From NCBI GenBank assembly GCA_965153355.1, contig OZ231126.1:15748001-15812000 (forward strand): a DNA stretch of 64,000 nt. Reading direction: 5' to 3'. Positions 27,842 through 64,000 of the stretch are shown piece after piece. The notes beneath the pieces were generated by a model. That model did no database searches, was not told where the DNA came from, and was given only the letters and a program-made list of their open reading frames with translations. Within the stretch, counting starts at the first letter, position 1, and each line of letters starts with the position of its first letter. A program made the position numbers and the translations under genes. The stretch comes from Flaccisagitta enflata. Lineage: Eukaryota.

Positions 27842-29548
27842 ATGGATGAAGCCACTGCCAAAGGCAGGATCAATGCTTTCATTGAAAAAGCTAAAAAGGA
27901 CCAATTTCAAGGTTTTGATGCATTTGATTTGAAAAGATCACAAAGGAGAGCAATAAGAACACAGCTTACAAAACACTCCAACCATTTGCAAAATGCATTA
28001 AGTGATGCCAATCCATGCCCAGATAGAATTGAAATTGGGACAGAAAAGGTAACAAAGGCATTTGAAGACCTGACAGAATTGGATGAATACATTCTATCTT
28101 TCATCAGCCAATATGATGATGATGATGCGGTGGTTGAAGCTGACACATTTTTGGCTGACAGTTGGTACGTCAACACGGAAAGAGTATTGGCTGCAGCAAG
28201 AAAGGCCATCAGAGATTTGACACCTCCAGCCCCACTTGCAGCCCCAACTGCAGCACCTGCAGCACACCTGTCTGAATTGAGACTACCTAAAGTGGAATTA
28301 CCAACTTTTGAAGGAAGTTCCTCAAGTGGTTACCATAGTTGGGTTACCCAATTTGACAACTTGATTCACAACAAATCTATGCCCAATCATCAAAAGTTGC
28401 TGTATTTGAAAACATGTTGCACTCATGAAGCAAAGAAAATTGCAGATGGATACTCAGTCACAGATGACAACTATGACAAGTTGTATGGGGTGTTCAAGAA
28501 AAGATTTGGAAAACCCCGCATGATCAAACAAAGCTATGCTGAAAAAATCATCAAAATGAAAAAGTTCAGCACACATGAGTTGAGAGCAACTCTAAATACG
28601 TTGGAGAGTTCTATCAAGTGTCTTGAGGAATTTCACAATGACACAGAAGCAATAAGTGTTATTGTCGTTCCTATGGTGGAAATGAACATGTCAGATGACA
28701 TAAAAACAAAATGGCTTGAACACATCTCGGAAGATGATGATCACAGCACCACAAAATTACTTGAGTTCCTACAAGACAGAGTTGATTGCCTCCCAATAAG
28801 CGCAACCAAACCATCTGATGGCAAAAATCACAACAAAGAGGGGCACAAACAGAATGACGCTCCCAAAACCACGTCTTCAATGACAACCCGCACTGAAAGT
28901 GCAAGACACTGTTTCTTTTGTAACAAAAACAACCACGACACAGAGGTGTGCAGTTTCTTGGGTAAGAAACAGAAGAAAGAAAGATTTGAGTTTCTGATGA
29001 AGAACAGATTGTGCTTCAAATGCGCCCGAAAGGGTCATCAAAATGAGAAATGTGAAGAATCGGTAACTTGCAGGAAGTGCCAGAGTACTGATCACCCAAC
29101 AGTCCTACATCATGAGGAAAAACCAAAACCAATTTCCAAACAAACAGAGACCCCTCAAGGTGAGGACGGTCCAAAAACTACGGCAAACAATGCCTCAACA
29201 AAGGGTTTCAATGGAAGCTCTATTCTGAAGTCGTTCAAAGCGACTGCTGTCGGAGACACAGCTAAAAGACCCATCCGAGCGATGCTAGATGATGGTTCAC
29301 AAAACACATGGATAACTCAACAAGTTGTTGATGAATTGAACCTTCCAATAGTTGGAAAGAAAACATTTTCGGTTGCTGTGGCTTTCTCAGCAACACTTGA
29401 ACCCCCAAAAAAGTTTTCTGTGGCAAAGGTCACTTTGAAAACCACAAGAGGGAACAATTCACCATGGACGCTCTGGTCCGGGATGGACCACTGTGTATTG
29501 AAATGGATGCCGTTCCATTTGACCCAACAAAAGAATTTTCTCACTTGA
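27842..29548 (+). CDS. BEL/Pao Gag (DUF1759-like region, three zinc knuckles) plus start of aspartic protease
   Basis: 568-aa ORF: LRLPKVELPTFEG, QKLLYLK, KKRFG; knuckles CFFC..H..C, CFKC..GH..C, CRKC..HPTVLH; protease AMLDDGSQ. A frameshift near 29455 continues into ORF 29464-29907. Confidence 0.9.
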   Translation: MDEATAKGRINAFIEKAKKDQFQGFDAFDLKRSQRRAIRTQLTKHSNHLQNALSDANPCPDRIEIGTEKVTKAFEDLTELDEYILSFISQYDDDDAVVEADTFLADSWYVNTERVLAAARKAIRDLTPPAPLAAPTAAPAAHLSELRLPKVELPTFEGSSSSGYHSWVTQFDNLIHNKSMPNHQKLLYLKTCCTHEAKKIADGYSVTDDNYDKLYGVFKKRFGKPRMIKQSYAEKIIKMKKFSTHELRATLNTLESSIKCLEEFHNDTEAISVIVVPMVEMNMSDDIKTKWLEHISEDDDHSTTKLLEFLQDRVDCLPISATKPSDGKNHNKEGHKQNDAPKTTSSMTTRTESARHCFFCNKNNHDTEVCSFLGKKQKKERFEFLMKNRLCFKCARKGHQNEKCEESVTCRKCQSTDHPTVLHHEEKPKPISKQTETPQGEDGPKTTANNASTKGFNGSSILKSFKATAVGDTAKRPIRAMLDDGSQNTWITQQVVDELNLPIVGKKTFSVAVAFSATLEPPKKFSVAKVTLKTTRGNNSPWTLWSGMDHCVLKWMPFHLTQQKNFLT

Positions 29549-31065
29549 AAAACATCCCCTTCGCCGACTGCTTCCCGAGAGAAGAAGAGCAGGTGGAAAT
29601 ACTGATTGGCGCAGACTATGCTGAAGCCATAAAAACAGGAGCCCGTGCAAAGGGCAAGATCACAGCCCCTGTAGGAGTCCAAACAATCTTCGGTTGGATT
29701 CTGTGTGGAGCCTGCCCAAACTTTGAGGGCAAAAGGACCTCTTGCCAAAAGGTCACCACAAGACCCTTCAAAGGGATTGAATCAGAGCTCAAACAGTTCT
29801 ATGAGGCTGAATGCTTAGGCACACAAACACACAAGGAACTGATGGTTCATGAAGTTGAAGAAAATGACTTCAGGAAACCGGGGTGCCGATTCAGGGTAGC
29901 AGGGTAGCAATGCTACGCGGCAGGACAGCTGCCAAGTGCTCAAGCCACAATTCCATACCTTTACCAGGGTGCGGCTTGGTTGTGGCATATGGTGAAACAA
30001 ATCAAAATTGAGAAATGAGGATAAACGATAAAAGAGAAAAATAAGCAAAAGTCGTTTTTTGCGAAGAGTGGTATGCAAATTGAAATGAAAATAGTGTGTG
30101 TGGAGATGAAACCTATTTCTATCCTTTTTATATAAACAAAACAAATGTCAAGTAGGCTTCACAGGAATGATTTAAAAAATCATAGGTGAAGAAAGTGCAT
30201 GGCCTCAGTTCAGAATTTTTCTTGCTACATGACAGCTTAAATCGACTTTGACTTCAGAAAAGAAGTTCAACAGAACATCATATATGATGATGTCAAGAAA
30301 CAATACCAAGCCACAATTCCATACAAGGAAACTGTCAAACAACTGGGTGATAATGAAAAGATAAGCCAAAATCCTGCATCAAAAACAGATGCAAAAATTG
30401 GACAAAAACCCTACTCTGAAAAAGCAGGTAAAAGCCGTCTTTGATGATCAAGAAAGACAAGGCATCATTGAAGAGGTCACTCCTGAGAAAGATGACCCAA
30501 ACACACAGAAACACTTCCTCACTTGGCACTCTGTCATAAGAGAAGGTCACTCTACAACCCCGATCAGAAATGTGATGAATGCATCAAAAGAAGACAAAAA
30601 TGGCCTGTCTTTAAACAAATGCCAATATGCAGGACCCAACCTGCTCCTGAGAGTTGTGGATTGCTGTTACACAATTCGGAACAACCAATGCGCTGTAATA
30701 GCGCGGATATCGACAAGATTTTCTTTAGAATCACCATATGATCAACAGAAAGATTTGCATCGTTTGTGCATTGAAAAAAATTGATGAGACAATGCCTGCC
30801 TCTTAGGCATCATCTTCACCTTACTTGTCCGGTGAAACCATCCTTGAACATGCAAACAGGATGGAAAAGATGAAAAAGTTCCTTTTGGCAGTCAAAGCAG
30901 TCAGAGACCAGCTTTACATTGATGACACCATCACTGGAACCTGGGAGATACAAGTTGCTATTCAATTGTTGGAGGAATTGATTCAATTCTTTGATGGAAT
31001 GTGCATGAAAGTACAGAAAATCAACAGCAACTGCAAAGCCGTTCTGGATGCAATGGATCCCTCTG
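29464..31065 (+). pseudogene. BEL pol remnant (protease C-terminus and reverse transcriptase), interrupted at ~29879-30249
   Basis: Pieces in ORFs 29464-29907, 30389-30784 and 30825-31109, with frameshifts; YIDD motif present. Confidence 0.8.
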
Positions 31066-31831
31066 GGTGTCTGTGTATATTTTCCCTTTTCATCTTCCTC
31101 ATGGCATGAGTTTATCGAGGTCGCAGGTTCCTTTAGGTCTTCCTCTCAATCTTCGCTCGCTTCTCGCCTTTGCTCTTTCTGCCGTTTTCGTTGTCACTTA
31201 ATCTTCGGAAATTGCCATTTGATATGCCGAAGTGCTCTTTCTGTCACGCCATTTACTTCCAAGAGGCCTCTTGTTTTAGACAGTCGCTAACCAAGAAAAC
31301 TAGAAAATAAAACAGGAAAACAAAGAAGTGGCTTTTCTCACGATAGGATAAGATTCGTGCGTTCATACATGTAAACAAGGAGAAATAGAGATAGACACAA
31401 GGAATGACCGTCAGTATGTCCTTTAGCGTGATTATACTGTGGGGAAGCAACGTTAGTCAATACGAGGGAGTTAATATTGCGCAGAGATTGCATTGAATTG
31501 TATTAAGGACAAGCCGGAAAGGGACAGGAAAAAATGACAAAATCTTACATTTTAACATGAGGCCGTGTTTACATGAACTTGGATCAAAAGTGACAATTTT
31601 AAGTAGATACTGAAGGCCGCTTCTGGGCGGTTACCATGTCTCCCACTTTCCACCCGTTAATCGATTTTGTTTTACCGTTACATATGTTCATCTCCACTCT
31701 TATGTCTTTCCGATCCTCATTTCATGCAATTTTGAGTCTTTCCATCCATTTAGTCGAGTTCTCGCTCCATGGAATACGTGACAACACTTTCAATATTAAA
31801 AGCTTTTCCCTATTAATTATGCATTCTGCAG

Positions 31832-33356
31832 GCTTCAAAGCGCCACGCTCTCATCACTGCAGAAAATGCAATCGTTGCGTTATGAAGATGGTAAGTAATG
31901 GAATAACTTCCACCGGAATCCGTATTTAGAACTATTGAAATGTCGTACTCGTACAGTAGATTCCGGCCGGAGGAGTGATATTTGGAGTATAGATTAATAA
32001 AAGGATGCTTTATTCCTCACAATAGATGGTTGCCATGAGAGATTTTTTGTGGGAATATTGCTGACATACAAATTTGATACAATTTTCTCAGTTGTTCTGT
32101 ATCGCTTGTTTGGCAGTTGCTAGAGAGTGTAACTGTCTTTCTATAATACTTGCCCCCGATATCTTCAATCTAGACGGTATCTACTGTATCGCGTTTTCCT
32201 CGCCTCATTGCGCTCGAGCACTTCCATATATTACCATGTACATGAGCAGTTGAGCTCAGGAAAAAAAAAGATTGAATTATCGTTACTCCCGGTTTCATTT
32301 AGAAAAAAAATTTCCCTCGACTCCCCTCCTTGACAGGACCATCATTGCCCTTGGATCGGTACGTGCACGGGTCACTTGAACCAAACCTACTTTCTCCTAT
32401 TCCTCCTTTGGGCCCCCGTCGGCTGCCTCCACGCTCTCGTCATCCTCGTGTCATCCATGTACCGCGCGCTCAATTTCCACTACTACATTTACAACGATAT
32501 AGACGCTCCTTTAGTGCAGTTGGGCGTTTGGGCTTTCGTGACTTGCATGTTCGCTTCCGGTTTGGCCATCGGCGTCGTCATCGCCGTTGGCTTGTTATTC
32601 ATTATGGAGTTTAAGGCTGTGCTGCGAAATCGAACCGGCATCGAAGACTGGATCGTGGAAAAAGCCAACGACCGATTGGAAAACATTTTTCTCGTGGACC
32701 AACAACGGTTGGAACAAATAAAACAAGAACGACGCGACGATGCGAAAGGCGAGGCGCTTCCGGAATCGGGAACTTCATCGTCATCAACAGAAGCTTCTCC
32801 ATCTCCTTCCCCGCCGACGTTCCTCTTCCCATACGATCTCGGCTGGCGTGAAAATACGCTGCAAGTGATAAACTGGAAACTGCAGCCGGTCGGTGACGGC
32901 CTCTATTGGCCCGTTCGTTCCGAATGCGACCAATACACGCTGACTCGGGAACAACTTATGCAAAAGGCGGAGAAACGCGACCGTACCGTCGTGTATCACG
33001 CCGTCCGTCGATACGGCGGCAGTTTCTTTCCTATCTCATTCGGCCCCAGAGCGCTTTGGGGAATCCCTTGCACGGACGAACACAGACTTCCGCTAGAAGA
33101 AGGCGAGGAAGTGCGCGTGACGAGATGGAAGCATCATTGGTTGTACGGCGAGAAAAGCGGAGCCACGTCGTCAACTTCGTCAACATCGTTGACAACGACA
33201 TCCGGGGCTGCTAGGAATGGAGTCGGTGGTGGCTCGAGGAATGGTAGCGTAAGAGGCGCCAAAAGAATCGAAGGCGAAAAAGGATGGTTCCCTCGTTTGT
33301 GCGTCACGGAAATTTGCGACGGAAACGAAAACGGTTCCGATAAAAAACAAAACTGA
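31832..33356 (+). CDS. ZDHHC6: Palmitoyltransferase ZDHHC6-like (DHHC-CRD plus C-terminal SH3), 3' exons only
   Basis: Exon 31832-31890 (ag|GFKAPRSHHCRKCNRCVMKM|gtaagt) splices in frame to exon 32337-33356 (DHHCPWIGTCTGHLN...NRTGIEDWIVEKANDR...FPYDLGW...GDGLYWPVR...YTLTREQLMQKAEKRDR...WLYGEK...GWFPRLCV...KKQN*). The SH3-like tail and C-terminal KKxx are ZDHHC6 hallmarks. The ~100 N-terminal residues were not located. Confidence 0.93.
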
Positions 33357-33657
33357 ATTTATTGAACTCTTGTGACCTGTTGTCCTGTTTAGCTAGTCTT
33401 TGGTTTATGGTCCGTTTAAGTTGTCTTCTAGCTTCAACATTTCTCATTGTTCTATGCATCATTTCTCCTTCTTTAAAAACACGCAGCGCAAAAAAGCAAA
33501 AAAGGGTATGAGCCTGTATTTAAGATGGATACAGATACATCGGTATTTTGGAAAAGTTATCGATCTCTTTCTCTTAACATGGACTGGCATGTGTTATTTG
33601 TAGCTTAAAATTTCTCAGAGCCTGTTTTTGTAGACTGTAGTATGGTGTATACATGTA

Positions 33658-34199
33658 CAATCTTGGAAAAAAGTATACCGACACCTAGGCATTTCATTAT
33701 TTTATTTACCAGGTTTTGATCAAAACATTACATTGAAAGTGCTAATTAGTAATTTAATGTTTTCACCTTACAGATGGTTTGAGTTTTCCATATTTCAAGC
33801 ATTCCTAATAGTTTTTTATGTTGTAAAGGATGTTTTGGTCTCACGTTTCTTAAACAAACTTTGCTGAACAAATCATTCTGGACATAATATAATAATAATT
33901 TTGATGAAGATTAATTAGCTTTTTTTAAAAGTTTCTAGTATTTCCAGAAGCTAAAATATCTTTAGAAGAAATTGTCGTTAAAACTTGACTTCTTCAGGCT
34001 TGATTTTTTTTTGCATTTTTGAAAATGAATGTTTTCATTCTTTTGCTTGCCATTTCTAAATGTCTAAAGCTAGAAAAACCGGATTGCATTCATTTTAAAG
34101 ATAATTTGACAAGGATTGATTTTTTTTTTTAATTTTTAGCTGTTTTAGAAACTGATGTATCTTTGGATGAAGTTGTCGGTATACTTATTTCCAAGGTGG
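33658..34199. mobile_element. TA-flanked MITE between ZDHHC6 and ABHD16A
   Basis: TIR C.A.CTTGGAAA.AAGTATACCGACA with TA flanks. Confidence 0.75.
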
Positions 34200-35082
34200 T
34201 ACTTAGGTCAAAAAATTATTTTCGATTTTGAACAGGTATCTCATTCTTTTTCAGTCAAGACCATTCGTCACATTTTGAGCACGCCTTATTTTCGTCGGTC
34301 TGCGACGACATGACAGTCACAATTACATACCGTAATAGTGGATCTCAGAGGTTTGATATTTTTTCTTAGTTATTAGATTTTTACACACTATCATCAAAAG
34401 AAAAGAATAATAGTATTGCAAAAAAAAAAAACGATTTTGTATCTATTGTAGCCGGATTTCTATAACTGGTTCCGTCATAGCAGAGTTTCACTGTCAATGC
34501 ATTTTAGTTGCTTTTGTCTACGCGATTATTTCGTGCTTTACTGTGCATAGTATTGCATCTCTTTTCATTGGGCTGATGCGTCCTTTTCTCACGTTCAGGA
34601 TAAAAAAAACACATACCTTAAGAAACTATCTCTTACCCTATCTTCTTCTACCTCCTGACCTCACAGCCATTGGGGCTCACGATCACCGCTGCAGGCGCTG
34701 CTTTAACCACATCTGCGCTTGACAACGCGTCAAGGACGTGCTCGGATTACCAACGATGAGAGCCCTTATTTTGAACGCTCTGTAAAGCGGCGTGCCGCTT
34801 AGCTGCCGTCAGCAGATGGTCACCGGCCGAAGGCTTAATCGACTCGCTTCTCGGATGGCTTAGTTTCTCCTCGAGTACCCCCTCTTCTCCCATATGCGTG
34901 TGTCGTCACAAGACGTATCGGTCAAAAGTTTATCTTGTTTTTGCCGATTTTTTTGTTGATCCTTAGTCTTTCTTTCCAGAATATTCTCAACCAAGTTCTC
35001 GCATCTCTATTTTCAAAAATATGACAGGGGTTTTGTATGTTTTTTAAGTAACTTTTTTTTACACAAGTATAACGAGGGAAAA

Positions 35083-44359
<9,277 letters not shown>

Positions 44360-45373
44360 AGTTGTGGGGACATTTATATCATTTAGAGAGAGAGAAAAAA
44401 TATGGAAACTTTTTGATACAGTGTTTTGATCCGAATCGTTGTTGTTACTGCGTGATTGGATTTTGAATGGAGCGAAGTTGATTCGGGGAGGAAGTAGGAA
44501 GCTGAATGTCTCTTTCCTACCTTTTTGAATGTAATATTTAAAGTGGAATGCGATATCATGCCCGATCAAGTAATAACACACTCCGCTTTTACATCGACTA
44601 AATTGATTTTCATACACTCCTATAACTGGTGCCATGTAGCTTTGATTTCTGTCATTATTTTGCCGCTTTCAGTTAAAAAAAGAATAAGGCGCGTTTGCCA
44701 CGTGCACCAATCTGTGATATGTCTGGCTTCTCTCTTGGTTGCTAACGCGTACGCATGAACGTGTGGGGAATCTAATATGCCATGAAAACTTGCCAAAAAG
44801 CTTCGCCGAAACAAAGATCACACTTAATTGTTCATCTTAACACACCGTCGTTCAGAATTCCCTCCATTTTCCTTATTTCATCGCCATCTTCTTTCTGTCG
44901 CTTTTCCTTGACGGTTTGGCGTTAAGGGCTAATGATTCATTTTTTTCGCTTCGTGGAACAAACCTTCACGCATAATAGCATACAAGCTCACAAAGATTAA
45001 TCAATAGTTACTAACGAGAAGATGACTACGTCCTACACCGCCTGTGTCCTTGAGTCTTTCTGTTTTTCATCTGTGATCTCAATCCCATACGATTTTCGTC
45101 ATATCTACGATTTCGTTCAGACTCCTTGGAGGAAAACCTGTTTAAGCGAGCGAGTTTAAACAAACAAAAGACCAAAAAATCTAAATAGACGAAGATCGTT
45201 CAAAAATACAAAAATAGAATTCAAAAATAAAAAAAGTGTCGCAACATTGTATGTGATAGCTGCTGTGCTATTACAAAGAGGGAAAAAAGAAGAGCAGGCG
45301 CCGGCTAAAAAAAAAGAAATTTCAAGGAAGAATCTCCTTCTCTTATCAATGTCATCGCTGCGTCGTCATCACA

Positions 45374-63612
<18,239 letters not shown>

Positions 63613-64000
63613 TCTAGTATCATCTGTTAACATATCTTGTCAAAGCATGGCATGCGTAATAAGCGTTGTAGTATACTGCCAGAAGGCTCAATGAGATGAA
63701 ATTTTTATTGTAGTAGGCAGAAGGTAAGGCCGTACATACTTACCTGCGGCCTGCTTCAGTAAAGATTTCATCATCTTAGGTCAGCTAGAAGTTTGCTTTT
63801 CATGCCATTCATACTTGCTGGTTTTTGACAAAAATATGTTAACAGGTGTTAGTATTGGAGACTCAATCTTTTTTGTGATTGTGAACAACTGAACATTTTA
63901 CGAAGATCATGGAAATTACGAAGGGTGGCTTCGTTGGTTGTGGAAACAAACTGTCATTGGGAACTGGAACAGTCGCTTTGGTTCTTAAACCTCTTACTCG

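Larger units (their letters stand above)
26809..31065 (+). mobile_element. BEL/Pao LTR retrotransposon, 3'-truncated and degenerate in pol
   Basis: Putative 5' LTR, primer site at 27197, gag-protease ORF 27842-29548, frameshifted pol fragments (VEILIGADY, QTIFGWILCG, WHSVIREGHSTTPIRNV, SLNKCQYAGPNLL, LYIDD near 30915). No RNase H, integrase or 3' LTR seen. Confidence 0.88.

Noticed and set aside
29455..29470. Programmed gag-pol ribosomal frameshift
   Set aside because: The shift lies inside the protease, no slippery heptamer is evident, BEL elements normally have one ORF, and further lesions follow.
34640..34920. GC-richer island upstream of ABHD16A as an ncRNA or separate gene
   Set aside because: No recognisable RNA family motif or convincing ORF; may be promoter or 5' UTR but cannot be supported from sequence alone.

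Overview
Repeat-rich genomic DNA from an invertebrate animal (GT-AG introns, many microsatellites); the species cannot be named from the sequence. Bases 1-31,800 are almost all nested transposable elements: several Helentron-type (DINE-1/HINE-like) non-autonomous families, TA-flanked palindromic MITEs, hAT MITEs with 8-bp target site duplications (TSDs), decayed Tigger/pogo and Chapaev transposase fragments, and a 3'-truncated BEL/Pao LTR retrotransposon (LTR, tRNA-Tyr primer site, open gag). Bases 31,800-63,612 hold three closely spaced + strand genes, spliced by hand: the 3' part of ZDHHC6 (5' exons not found), a complete 7-exon ABHD16A, and a complete ~28-exon kinase-less TRPM channel of the TRPM1/3/6/7 group. 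Most interesting: a possible palmitoylation writer/eraser/substrate cluster with an apparently unpaired splice acceptor (operon or trans-splicing hypothesis), candidate TRPM microexons and alternative splice sites, and Helentron-like elements at different stages of seeding satellite DNA. Family assignments come from motif recognition by eye; no searches were run.
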